DNA from: Bacteroidales bacterium
GTDB lineage: Bacteria; Bacteroidota; Bacteroidia; Bacteroidales; UBA1556
Assembly (NCBI GenBank): GCA_027064095.1
Contig: JAMOQI010000082.1
Location: 3,779 to 67,778, forward strand
DNA: 64,000 nt
Reading direction: 5' to 3'
The position numbers and the translations under genes are program-made. The notes under the pieces were generated by a model. It did not search any database, was not told the DNA's origin, and saw only the letters and a program-made list of their open reading frames with translations. This document shows, in pieces, positions 29,512 to 39,274 of the stretch (the stretch's first letter is position 1; each line of letters begins with the position of its first letter).

Positions 29512-30357
29512 ATGATGAATTGGGAATTAGAAAAAATAAGCGAAGAAGAGATTCAGAAAGAAATAAGTGTTATTTTAGAAAGGAAGTCATTATTAAATGA
29601 TAAACAACAACTACAATTAATTCTTAACTGTATTGATCTTACGACTTTAGAGGGTAAGGATAATGACAGAAAAGCAATAGAATTGTGTAAACAAGCGCGT
29701 AGTTTTAGCGAAAATGGTCCGGATATTCCAAATGTAGCAGCAGTTTGCTTTTATCCTCCATTTGCAGAGGTTGCCAAAAGTCAACTATTGGAAACAGGGA
29801 TAAAAGTGGCATGTGTTGCAGGTGCCTTCCCTAGTGGTCAATCACCATTAGATTTGAGAGTAAAGGAGGTTGAATATGCTGTTTCTAAAGGTGCTGACGA
29901 AATTGATATGGTTATCTCAAGAGGTAAATTCTTAGAAGGAGATTATAATTTTGTTTATAATGAAGTAAAAGCAATAAAAGAAGCTTGCGGTGATGCACAT
30001 TTAAAAGTTATTTTGGAAACTGGTGAATTGCAGACTGCTGCAAATATTAAACTTGCCTCTGAAATTGCTATAGCTGCGGGTGCTGATTTTATAAAGACTT
30101 CTACCGGTAAAATGAGTCCTGCTGCTACTATTGAAGCATTTTATGTTATGCTAAATGTGATAAAAGAGCATTTTAATAAGACCGGTAAGATGATTGGTAT
30201 TAAGCCTGCCGGTGGTATTTCTGATGTTGATGTAGCTAAACAGTATATTCTGGTTTTGGAAAATGTTTTGGGTGAAAAATGGATGAGTAATCAATGGTTT
30301 AGAATTGGAGCTAGTCGTTTAGCTAATAGAGTTTTAGAAGCATTACTTTCTAAATAA
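29512..30357 (+). CDS. deoC: deoxyribose-phosphate aldolase
   Basis: IDLTTLEG, KVILETGEL and the Schiff-base Lys region ADFIKTSTGK. Confidence 0.9.
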   Translation: MMNWELEKISEEEIQKEISVILERKSLLNDKQQLQLILNCIDLTTLEGKDNDRKAIELCKQARSFSENGPDIPNVAAVCFYPPFAEVAKSQLLETGIKVACVAGAFPSGQSPLDLRVKEVEYAVSKGADEIDMVISRGKFLEGDYNFVYNEVKAIKEACGDAHLKVILETGELQTAANIKLASEIAIAAGADFIKTSTGKMSPAATIEAFYVMLNVIKEHFNKTGKMIGIKPAGGISDVDVAKQYILVLENVLGEKWMSNQWFRIGASRLANRVLEALLSK

Positions 30358-30411
30358 ATTAATAATAATTTTAGTAATAATTATATTACAATAATATAAA
30401 TAGAATATTTT

Positions 30412-31251
30412 ATGAGTAAAAAGAAGACATTTTTATTGTGGACAATTACAGTAGTAATTACAATAAGTGCAATGGTTTATCAACGTATGACAGGGCCTAC
30501 ATATCCTAAAAAGGTTAAAGTAGAGATTGCAGATAAAGAGTATGTTTTTAAACTATTAAGGTCTAATGAAATAGGATCGCCATGTGATATTAACCTTAAT
30601 ATTGAAGATGAAGATGTTAAAGCTATAATTTTTTATAAAAAATATAAAGTTGATGAACCCTGGACTGAAGTTGAAATGCAGCCAAAAACAGTGAAAGAAA
30701 AACGTATGCTTTCAGCAATATTACCGGAGCAACCTGCTGCAGGTAAAGTAGAATATCATATTTCATTAATTAAGGGAGACGAAAAAGTAGAAGTTCTTAA
30801 TGGAGAACCTGTAGTTGTTCGCTTCAAAGGTTTTGTTCCTCGATATATACTCATCCCTCATATTATTTTTATGATTATTTCTCTTTTTGTTGCCACAAGG
30901 GCAGGAGTTGAAGCTATTGCTAATGGTGATAAAACAAGAAAATATGCCAGACTAACATTGATATCTTTGGGTATTGGAGGCCTAATTTTAGGACCATTGG
31001 TTCAGTTAAATGCTTTTGGAGAACTTTGGACAGGATGGCCATTTGGTGGAGACTGGACTGATAATAAGACTATATTTGCTTGGTTGTTTTGGTTAATAGC
31101 TTTTATAGTATTGCGTAAAAGACCTCACAATAAATTGTGGCCTATAATAGCAACTATTGTAATATTTGCTATGTATATGATTCCTCATTCAATGGGTGGT
31201 TCAGAATTAGATAATAGCACAGGAAAAATAACTACCGGACTTAAAGAATAA
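30412..31251 (+). CDS. hypothetical membrane protein (N-terminal anchor, about 130-aa soluble domain, then 4 TM helices)
   Basis: Hydrophobicity pattern only. First gene of a tightly spaced plus-strand run ending at 34095. Confidence 0.5.
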   Translation: MSKKKTFLLWTITVVITISAMVYQRMTGPTYPKKVKVEIADKEYVFKLLRSNEIGSPCDINLNIEDEDVKAIIFYKKYKVDEPWTEVEMQPKTVKEKRMLSAILPEQPAAGKVEYHISLIKGDEKVEVLNGEPVVVRFKGFVPRYILIPHIIFMIISLFVATRAGVEAIANGDKTRKYARLTLISLGIGGLILGPLVQLNAFGELWTGWPFGGDWTDNKTIFAWLFWLIAFIVLRKRPHNKLWPIIATIVIFAMYMIPHSMGGSELDNSTGKITTGLKE

Positions 31252-31281
31252 TTGTTTTTTTATTATGTTGAATTTTCATTT

Positions 31282-32547
31282 ATGAAAAAGATTCTAACTT
31301 TTTTCTCGTATATAGTAATATTCCTTTTTTTCTTGTCTATTTTTGGATGGATAGTATTTCATATTCAAAAAGGAGATAAGGACTATGGTTTTTTAAACGA
31401 ACCAATTAAGTTTCTTTATACTTTTCCTGATATGTTTTCTCAATCGGTGGAAGAAGCAAAAAAATTACCGGCCACTTTTGTAGAAACACCACAAGATTTT
31501 AAATCGATAAATAATCTTGCAACTGATGTAAAAGCACTTGTAGCATATTCCGATACTAGTGATTCCAGAACTATTGCTTTGATGAATCTACGAACCGATT
31601 CCGTTTATTATAAATGGACAGTTCCTAACAAACATCAAGAGCATGCAAGAGTTGAAAATCCTTTATTATTGCCTAATAAATCAATTATTTATTCATTCGA
31701 CGCTGCTAGTGGTCTTCGAAGAATTGATTCTCTTGGGAATATTATCTGGATACAAGATAGTGTAAAACATCATCATTCTATGAATTTAGATAAAAATGGA
31801 GATATTTGGATTTGTGGTTTTGAGCCTGTTTATTATGCTACCGGCACATATAAACTTAATGGCAGAAGTGTTTTTTATATTGATGATTTTGTAACTAAAT
31901 TGGATACAGCAACAGGAAAAATACTCTTTAATAAATCATTTTCTGAAATATTAAGGGAGAATGGATTAGAGTATTATATATTAAAATCAAATGCTATTGA
32001 AGACCCATTACATATCAATGATATTGAACCCGCTTTGAAAACTACAAAATACTATAATGAAGGCGATTTGTTTATCAGTTCGAGGAATATGTCGTTCATT
32101 ATGCAATATCGACCATCAACAAATAAAGTTATTAGAATGATTGAAGGGCCCTTTGTTAGTCAACATGATGTTGATATATATCATGATAGTAGTTTAGTGT
32201 TTTTTAATAATAATTTTTATACAAATTGGACGAATAAAAGCATGGCTCCACCAAAAGATTCTTCTACATTGCAATTTGTTGGAAACATATATTCAACAAT
32301 AGCTCGATATGATTTGTGGAATGATAGTATTTCTTTTATAGAACAAAAAGCATTTATTGATAACGAGATTTTTACAGAAACAGAAGGCTTAATAGATTTT
32401 ATTGATGATTCTAATGTTTTTGTTGAAGAACAGAATACAGGTATTTTATGGATATTAAACGGTGATAGTGTTGTGTATAAAGATGTGTTGAAATCTCAAC
32501 ATAAGGGGTATCATCATTTGCCAAATTGGACAAGAATAATTAAATAA
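31282..32547 (+). CDS. membrane-anchored arylsulfotransferase-like (ASST / Arylsulfotran_2-like) beta-propeller protein, tentative
   Basis: N-terminal TM segment and His-containing motifs KHHHSMNLD, DPLHINDIE and SQHDVDIY, reminiscent of PAPS-independent aryl sulfotransferases. From memory only. Confidence 0.5.
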   Translation: MKKILTFFSYIVIFLFFLSIFGWIVFHIQKGDKDYGFLNEPIKFLYTFPDMFSQSVEEAKKLPATFVETPQDFKSINNLATDVKALVAYSDTSDSRTIALMNLRTDSVYYKWTVPNKHQEHARVENPLLLPNKSIIYSFDAASGLRRIDSLGNIIWIQDSVKHHHSMNLDKNGDIWICGFEPVYYATGTYKLNGRSVFYIDDFVTKLDTATGKILFNKSFSEILRENGLEYYILKSNAIEDPLHINDIEPALKTTKYYNEGDLFISSRNMSFIMQYRPSTNKVIRMIEGPFVSQHDVDIYHDSSLVFFNNNFYTNWTNKSMAPPKDSSTLQFVGNIYSTIARYDLWNDSISFIEQKAFIDNEIFTETEGLIDFIDDSNVFVEEQNTGILWILNGDSVVYKDVLKSQHKGYHHLPNWTRIIK

Positions 32548-32548
32548 T

Positions 32549-32692
32549 ATGATGGAATTATTATATATAGGACCAGGACTAGGGATAGGAACAATAATCC
32601 TTATGTTTGTAATTGGAGGAATAGTACTTTTTGCATTTGGATATATATTTTGGCTTAAATTAAAACGATTTTTTAAGAAAAAGGATAAATGA
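32549..32692 (+). CDS. unlisted 47-aa single-TM mini-protein
   Basis: ATG lies 1 nt after the upstream stop and the stop overlaps the next ATG (ATGA). It encodes MMELLYIGPGLGIGTIILMFVIGGIVLFAFGYIFWLKLKRFFKKKDK, a hydrophobic helix with a basic tail. Confidence 0.45.
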   Translation: MMELLYIGPGLGIGTIILMFVIGGIVLFAFGYIFWLKLKRFFKKKDK

Positions 32693-34095
32693 TTTATTTT
32701 ATTTCGCTTGGTTTTGGTGCTTCTCTGACTTTCCTTATATTGTTATGGAAAAGGACTTGTTTTCATAATGTTGCTGAAGGTAGTATAGGATTAGTAAATG
32801 AACTTTTAGGAGAAGCTGATGATGATGTGCTTATAAAGCAGATTCAGTCAAGTACTAATAAGTTACTCATTGATCTTTTTAAGATGTTTTTACTGATTGT
32901 TGTTGCAATAGCTATTGGTAGCATACCCGTAGTTGTTTATTGTGTTGCAATTTCAAAATCTATATCAGAATTAGATTTATCATCTTTGTATTCTATAATT
33001 TCAATCTCTATTGGAGCTAGTTTACCATTTATAATTCCTTTTAATAAAAAGTCGAATAATGGTTATTCTGAACTTTCAAAATTGCTTCATAGGATGATGT
33101 TGGATAATTATAATGTAGCAAAGAAACTTTTTAGCATTGAATCTAAAAGCATAACAAAAAAAGGACTTAAAACTCGAAATGATTTTGTAGTAATTTCTGG
33201 TTTAGCTCGAGCAGGGACAACAAGTCTGATGTCTGATTTGTCAGATTTAGATGGATTTGTGTCACTTTCTTATGCAAATATGCCTCTTCTTACTGCTCCA
33301 AATTTATGGCGTAAAGTATATAAGCCAAAACACGAAAAACTAAAGGAACGAAGTCATAAAGATGGTATAATGATTGGCTATAATTCCACGGAGGCTTTAG
33401 AAGAATATTTCTTTAAAATGATGGCTGATGATGATTATATTCATGAGAATTACGTCTCGGAATATGAATTAGGTGAAGAGGAGTACTATAATTATTTGAA
33501 GTATCAGCGCAATATTAAGAATGATGATTCAAAATTATATTTAGCTAAAAACAACAATTTTCTTATCAGATATAATTCATTAAGGCAGTATAATGACGAT
33601 TTTCTGTTATTTATACTCTTTAGAGATCCCTTGACTCATGCAGCCTCATTAATGGAGAAACATAAAGATTATATTAAATTACAAAAAGAAGATGATTTTG
33701 TACTTGAATATATGGACTGGCTTGGTCATCATGAATTTGGATTGCATCAAAAACAATTCTTATTTAATGATTCTACACTTATAGAAGGAGAAAAAGACAA
33801 AATAGATTATTGGTTGAAAATATGGATAAATTATTATTCTCATGCTATAAGAATTAATCATAAGAATACAATTTTTGTCGATTATGCCAATTATTGTAGT
33901 AATCCAACTCAAATAGTATCATCTATAGTTAATAAGGCAGGTTTAAATGTGAATTTGTCAGAATTGCAACCATTTAATAATAGAAGAAAATCTAATACTG
34001 AATACTCTAAAGATTTATTAAACAGAGCAGAGAATTTATACCAGGAGCTTCGAACTAAGGTTAACCCGGATTATTTTTCAAACACCCAAATTTAA
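32689..34095 (+). CDS. membrane-anchored PAPS-type sulfotransferase
   Basis: About 110 aa of N-terminal TM helices, a 5'-PSB-like P-loop ISGLARAGTTSL and a 3'-PB-like LFRDPLTHAASL. Confidence 0.65.
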   Translation: MIYFISLGFGASLTFLILLWKRTCFHNVAEGSIGLVNELLGEADDDVLIKQIQSSTNKLLIDLFKMFLLIVVAIAIGSIPVVVYCVAISKSISELDLSSLYSIISISIGASLPFIIPFNKKSNNGYSELSKLLHRMMLDNYNVAKKLFSIESKSITKKGLKTRNDFVVISGLARAGTTSLMSDLSDLDGFVSLSYANMPLLTAPNLWRKVYKPKHEKLKERSHKDGIMIGYNSTEALEEYFFKMMADDDYIHENYVSEYELGEEEYYNYLKYQRNIKNDDSKLYLAKNNNFLIRYNSLRQYNDDFLLFILFRDPLTHAASLMEKHKDYIKLQKEDDFVLEYMDWLGHHEFGLHQKQFLFNDSTLIEGEKDKIDYWLKIWINYYSHAIRINHKNTIFVDYANYCSNPTQIVSSIVNKAGLNVNLSELQPFNNRRKSNTEYSKDLLNRAENLYQELRTKVNPDYFSNTQI

Positions 34096-34192
34096 GTGCT
34101 TTTTTAAGCTAGCCCGTCCCCGAACTTGTTTCGCTATTTATTGCTCATTTATACAATTTGCTTTGCTTTTGTATGAATAATGTGGGTTAAAT

Positions 34193-34216
34193 AAAAAAGG
34201 CGACATTTAAGTCGCC
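34193..34216 (-). terminator. intrinsic terminator ending the long minus-strand gene run
   Basis: ggcgac (34199-34204) pairs with gtcgcc (34211-34216). The A-run at 34193-34198 on the plus strand gives a T-tail on the minus strand. The hairpin lies 36 nt past the stop at 34252. Confidence 0.65.
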
Positions 34217-34251
34217 AATTTTAGAGAGCAATTGTTATTAGAATAGTACTT

Positions 34252-34686
34252 TTATTTTTTCATAGAAAGAATGCCAACGGCACAGCCTGGTTTACCATCT
34301 AGGAAAGAAATATATATTTTGTAAATAGCAGTTTTGCTACAATAAAATTCAAATGCTTTAAAATCTGTTTTGCTTTTTGTATGATATGTACTTGCAACTA
34401 ATTTATTACCATCAAAAAGTTGTAAAATAGCTTCCCCTTCATAATCAAGGGCACTACAAACATCAAATTTGTAAGTATTTCCTTTTGATAATAAAACAGA
34501 AAAACGAGCAACAGGCAAATCAGTAGGATTTGTAGCTGCAGCAAGTTTTGCACGGTATTGTTGTAAGAATACAGAGTTGCTTGATATATTATGGCAACAG
34601 TTTGTTACAAGAGTCTGATTGCATTGAGAGTAAGCAAAACTTTTAGCTATTAATACTAGAATAATAATGGTTAATATCTTTTTCAT
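34252..34686 (-). CDS. hypothetical small secreted Cys-rich protein
   Basis: Signal peptide MKKILTIIILVLIAKSFAYSQ and seven cysteines in the mature part. Confidence 0.5.
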   Translation of the reverse strand: MKKILTIIILVLIAKSFAYSQCNQTLVTNCCHNISSNSVFLQQYRAKLAAATNPTDLPVARFSVLLSKGNTYKFDVCSALDYEGEAILQLFDGNKLVASTYHTKSKTDFKAFEFYCSKTAIYKIYISFLDGKPGCAVGILSMKK

Positions 34687-34696
34687 AATGTCTTCT

Positions 34697-35608
34697 TTAT
34701 GCGTTTATGTTAATGAAGCTATTACGTATTTTCTCCACTTCTGCTGCAATCTTAGCAATCTGTTCGTCAGTTATATTTACTTTACTTTCATCATTCTGAA
34801 CAATAACAAGCATTCCATTTACTATTTTAGATTCAGGTTCTGAATCAGTAGTTACAATACTTATATCATCATAAATTGTTTTCAGATTTTGAAAATCACT
34901 TAACAACTGTGCAAATTGTGGGTCAGATTTATAATTATTAAATATAAGTATTAGATTATTAAGAATAAGTTTTTGTTCTCCAATCCTTTCTGCAATTTTT
35001 TCATTGCTTTTATCAGTATACACTTGAGTGGCCAAGTAAGTACTTTCAATCCATACACCGGTAACAATTAATGTACTGATATTTGTCCTGTTATTTTCCC
35101 TTAAATAATCATCCATATTATTAAAACTGGAAATGGAAGTGTAGATAAGAGAATCAAGGTTATTAGAATTTGACGCCAAACGTTTTAATAGATCAAAATC
35201 AAAGAATTGACCAACTTTTAGTTTGTTTGACAAATCATTAATTGCAGAAACTGTTGACATTACAGAGCTTGTCTTTTCATAAAGGTTTAAATAACCAAGG
35301 TCAGTACCTAAGATGCCAAGGTTTACAGCACTATTAAAATCACCAACAACATTATCGATATTATCGGTGGAACTGATATATTCCTTATTAAATGGTACAT
35401 TCTCGTCTAAGAGGAGTGAGGCAATTTCTATTGGTGAAGATACGTTGTCAATAAGTTCAGTCATGCTTTCTTTTGCTACACCAATTGATTCTGGAGCAAT
35501 AATAGAGTCAACTTGTGTAAAGTCTTCATTACTTTCATTAGTGGAGTTGGAACAAGAGTACGTAAGTCCACTCGCAAGTAGCATTAGAAGTAAATGTTTT
35601 AGTTTCAT
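34697..35608 (-). CDS. hypothetical lipoprotein
   Basis: The ATG at 35608 gives MKLKHLLLMLLASGLTYSC, a lipobox-like sequence. The rest is predicted to be helical. Confidence 0.55.
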   Translation of the reverse strand: MKLKHLLLMLLASGLTYSCSNSTNESNEDFTQVDSIIAPESIGVAKESMTELIDNVSSPIEIASLLLDENVPFNKEYISSTDNIDNVVGDFNSAVNLGILGTDLGYLNLYEKTSSVMSTVSAINDLSNKLKVGQFFDFDLLKRLASNSNNLDSLIYTSISSFNNMDDYLRENNRTNISTLIVTGVWIESTYLATQVYTDKSNEKIAERIGEQKLILNNLILIFNNYKSDPQFAQLLSDFQNLKTIYDDISIVTTDSEPESKIVNGMLVIVQNDESKVNITDEQIAKIAAEVEKIRNSFININA

Positions 35609-35660
35609 AAAGGTCAATTTCAATTCATGATATATTTATATGAGATGCATATAATAAATA

Positions 35661-38600
35661 TCAATGTTTATTAGAATTAAATTTAAATTGTAATAGTTTT
35701 CGCAATCCGTTAGTCCTAAGTATAAAGAACAGTAATATGTTAAACAGCCATATTATACTAATATTAAAATAAAAAGTTTCATAATATCTCCCTAAAAAAT
35801 GTTTTCTGGGTGCAAAAAGATGTGAGCGAATATCTAAAGGAGAATCAATATTAGGGTCTGTATAAATAGCATCAACATGTTGTATGAGATTGTTGTTGTA
35901 ATTTATTATTTTGTTTTTTTCATAGAATTGTGTCACAATATCACTAATAGCTTCATTATGATATTTGTTGCGTAAGGCGTAATATTTGTCTTTTTGTGTT
36001 GATAGATATTTATTTATTTTCATACTAAGTCTATTATGAGCTAAATAAAACTCATAATTATAAATACTGTCGAGTTTAACAATGAAAGTATTATAGCTAT
36101 TGAAATATGCAGTATTAATCTTTTTTTGATCTGTTGTTAGTAATAAATTATTTTGTAGTTCCGGATATATGGAAACTTGTTTTTTGTATTCATTTGATAG
36201 TAGTTCAATGTTATTTCTGAGACCTTCCTCATATTCCATATTACCAATGTTCTTTTGTACACTTTTTAGGTATTTTTTTAGTTCAGGAATATAATATACT
36301 TGATGAAAGTCAGCCTTACTTTCTTTTTTCTCCAGATTATAAAAATGTTTTTCAAATTTATTATTCACAAATTGATTTACAATTAGTGCTTCGTAAGCCC
36401 ATTTACTCACCATAGCCTCGGCTATAATGGGCACTTTATCTATTCTTGCAATATTTTTATTCATCTTGTCGAAACTAAACATTGCGCCTCCTAAAACCAT
36501 TTGAGGAATTATAAGGAGTGGAATAATGATATAAATGGTTACGACTTCATCAAAAGAGCTGGAAATAATCAATCCTAGCAGGTTGGAAAATACTGAGACG
36601 CTAAAAAAAGTCAGCCAGTAGCTAAATCCCATTCCACTTATTTCTAAAACAGAATTACCTATTAGAATAAATAGTAGAGATTGGACTGTGGAAATTAATA
36701 ATAGAATTGATATTTTGGCCAATAAATATGCAGTTTTGCTCAAATTAAGAAATGCTTCTCTTTTTAATATTTTTTGGTCTCTTATAATTTCTTCAGCGCT
36801 GATAGTTAAGCCAATAAATATTGCTACAATAATACTCATAAAAATATATTGAGGTATATTTTCATTAAGTCTAAAAATATATTTATCTCCGGTAGGGATA
36901 TATTTAATAATATAGCTTAAAATAAAAGCAAGTATAGGAGCTTCGAGAAATGCAATCAGAATGTATGTTTTATTACTTAGCTTAGACTTTAAATCTCTTT
37001 GGAAATAAATCCAAGTTTGTTTAATTTTAGAAGGGATATCTAGATTTATTTCTGGAGCGGAGTTCTCTTCGGAGATTTTTCTATTAGTTGTTTGTTCAAG
37101 GTAAAGATTATTCCAGTCTTTAGGTTCTTTTTTTCGTTTGGAATTGTAGTTTCCATATTCATCTACTACTTCTCGGTGAATAATATTAAATAACTGTTCG
37201 GCATTTACATTTCCACAACTAGCACATTGAGCTTGCTCGTAGGAAGCTTGACCATCTTTTTGTTTAAAATAACTAATTATTTCAACAGGGTTGTCATACT
37301 GAATCATATATCCACCTTCGTCAAGGAGAATTACCTTATCAAAAATTTTATAAATATCTGATGATGGTTGATGAATAACAACAAATATCAATTTCCCTTT
37401 ATGTGATAGTTTACGTAGTAGATCCATCACATTTTCTGAATCTCTTGATGATAATCCACTTGTTGGCTCATCAACGAATAGGATAGAGGGCTCGCGAATT
37501 AATTCTAAAGCAATATTCAATCTTTTTCGCTGGCCGCCACTTATAAGTTTATTCAATACACTACCTACCTTTAGGTCTTTAATGTCGAATAAATCTAATG
37601 ACATTAGGGTGTTGTTAACAAGCTCGATAAGTTCTTCTTTGGATTTGTTGTTATAGCAAAATTTAGTGTTAAAATATAGATTTTCAAATACTGTTAAGTT
37701 TTCAATAAGTAAATCGTCTTGAGGTATAAATCCTATTGCACCTTCTAGTTTTTCTTTTTCTTTATGTAGGTCTATATTGTTTATTCTAACAGAACCTGTG
37801 TTTGGAGTATAACTTCCGGACAATACACTTAGAAGAGTTGATTTCCCGGAACCTGATGCTCCCATAATGGCAACAAGGGAGTTTTGTTGCTCATATATGT
37901 TCATTGGGTGCAATCCAATTTGAGAATCATTAAATTTGTAGCTTATATTTTCTGCTACAAAGCTTATTTTTGTTCCTTTATTATCTTTTATAAAACTCTC
38001 AAAAATATTTGAAAAGTAAATAGGCTTACTAACCGGAGTTTTTATTGTACTTCCAGGATTGAAAACAAAGCTTTGGTTCTTTGATAAAGTTAATCCGTTG
38101 AGTGTTAATTCTTGATTTCCAGAATATCTAACTAAATATAAATTGGTGCTGGAAATATGAAGAAAAATAAGCTGACCATCTAGTCTGTTATATTCTAAAT
38201 AATTATCTTGTTTTACTTTTTTATTGGAAATAACAATGAAACTGGAAACAGGAAGGATGTCTTTATCAGTGGAGAAAACAAGTTTTTTTAGATCGTCAAA
38301 TTCTTTTAAGTCGATATTAAAAACTTCTGCAATAGTATGTATTATCTCTATCCTTTGGAGGCTTTCTTGTTCTGAAATCATTTCAAGAAGACGGATAGTG
38401 GCAATTACTTTTTGTTTATGATCGAGGGTTTTGTTGATTCTTTTACATATTTTTAAAATACGTACCGAATCGGTCATGGATGTAAGCTTAGAGTTTTTTC
38501 GCTTTAAAGCTTTTAATTTCGACTCTTCTATTTGTTCATCAAAAAGTTTTAAGTAAGTATCAACATCGTTGAGGTTTAGCTCGTTGTGTAGGAAATTTTG

Positions 38601-38693
38601 TACATAAAGGCGCTCTTGTTCAAATTGCTCACTATCTTGATGGGCAATAATAGCAAATAATTGCATTAGCGCTTTTAGTATTTCTTCACTCAT
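35661..38693 (-). CDS. ABCG-type (NBD-TMD) ABC transporter with an N-terminal extension of about 270 aa and a C-terminal extension of about 230 aa
   Basis: Walker A GASGSGKST, signature ISGGQRKR, Walker B ILFVDEPTSGL, H-loop VIHQPS, then an ABC-2-type TMD. The N-terminus may be TerB-like helical. The C-terminus is a long helical region plus a final TM. Confidence 0.85.
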   Translation of the reverse strand: MSEEILKALMQLFAIIAHQDSEQFEQERLYVQNFLHNELNLNDVDTYLKLFDEQIEESKLKALKRKNSKLTSMTDSVRILKICKRINKTLDHKQKVIATIRLLEMISEQESLQRIEIIHTIAEVFNIDLKEFDDLKKLVFSTDKDILPVSSFIVISNKKVKQDNYLEYNRLDGQLIFLHISSTNLYLVRYSGNQELTLNGLTLSKNQSFVFNPGSTIKTPVSKPIYFSNIFESFIKDNKGTKISFVAENISYKFNDSQIGLHPMNIYEQQNSLVAIMGASGSGKSTLLSVLSGSYTPNTGSVRINNIDLHKEKEKLEGAIGFIPQDDLLIENLTVFENLYFNTKFCYNNKSKEELIELVNNTLMSLDLFDIKDLKVGSVLNKLISGGQRKRLNIALELIREPSILFVDEPTSGLSSRDSENVMDLLRKLSHKGKLIFVVIHQPSSDIYKIFDKVILLDEGGYMIQYDNPVEIISYFKQKDGQASYEQAQCASCGNVNAEQLFNIIHREVVDEYGNYNSKRKKEPKDWNNLYLEQTTNRKISEENSAPEINLDIPSKIKQTWIYFQRDLKSKLSNKTYILIAFLEAPILAFILSYIIKYIPTGDKYIFRLNENIPQYIFMSIIVAIFIGLTISAEEIIRDQKILKREAFLNLSKTAYLLAKISILLLISTVQSLLFILIGNSVLEISGMGFSYWLTFFSVSVFSNLLGLIISSSFDEVVTIYIIIPLLIIPQMVLGGAMFSFDKMNKNIARIDKVPIIAEAMVSKWAYEALIVNQFVNNKFEKHFYNLEKKESKADFHQVYYIPELKKYLKSVQKNIGNMEYEEGLRNNIELLSNEYKKQVSIYPELQNNLLLTTDQKKINTAYFNSYNTFIVKLDSIYNYEFYLAHNRLSMKINKYLSTQKDKYYALRNKYHNEAISDIVTQFYEKNKIINYNNNLIQHVDAIYTDPNIDSPLDIRSHLFAPRKHFLGRYYETFYFNISIIWLFNILLFFILRTNGLRKLLQFKFNSNKH

Positions 38694-38893
38694 GAGCTTT
38701 TATTTGGAATGTAAAGATTGCAATATTAAGAATAAAGTTAAAATATTATGTCTCAATAAAGAGGTGAATGTTTTTATATTTATATAATAATTATTAGTTA
38801 AAAAATATAAAAAAAACTGTGCATATACTACTGTTTATAATAAATATCCTATTGGAGAAAAGAGAATATTAAACAAACAGAGTCTGTAATAAA

Positions 38894-39268
38894 TTATAAA
38901 CAAATTAATTCGAATGGAATATCAACAAGTTCAGAATATTCTTCACCGGCTTCTTCCATATCTTCATCATCTTCGGTATAGAACCATTTAATAGTACAAT
39001 TATGGCCATTTTCTACCATTTCTTCTATTATCATAAGAATGTCAAGCAGAAGTTTTGATGAAGCGGTATTAAAATAGTTCATTTTAATATGTAGTTCTGT
39101 AAGTTCGTTAGGAGACTTTGCATATTCTTTAAGCCAATCCAAAATAGGCTCATAAAAAAGAGATGCGTCTTCTGGTAATGAACGTCCTGATATTTCAAAG
39201 ATATTATTCTCAGGATCAAACACAATCATAGGTGTATCTTCTTTTGCTTCTATTTTTATAGTCTTCAT
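38894..39268 (-). CDS. SiaC-family (DUF1987) regulatory phosphoprotein
   Basis: 124 aa. TPMIVFDPENNIFEISGRSLPEDASLFYEPILDWLKEY and YFNTASSKLLLDIL are typical of DUF1987. Confidence 0.8.
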   Translation of the reverse strand: MKTIKIEAKEDTPMIVFDPENNIFEISGRSLPEDASLFYEPILDWLKEYAKSPNELTELHIKMNYFNTASSKLLLDILMIIEEMVENGHNCTIKWFYTEDDEDMEEAGEEYSELVDIPFELICL

Positions 39269-39274
39269 ATCTGA

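Noticed and set aside
38694-38893. Search for a terminator or promoter separating the DUF1987 gene from the ABC transporter
   Set aside because: Only a trivial 5-bp palindrome (acaga-g-tctgt) with a 1-nt loop was found. There is no GC-rich stem with a T-tail and no minus-strand TAnnTTTG match. Absence by eye is not proof, so co-transcription is presented as an inference only.
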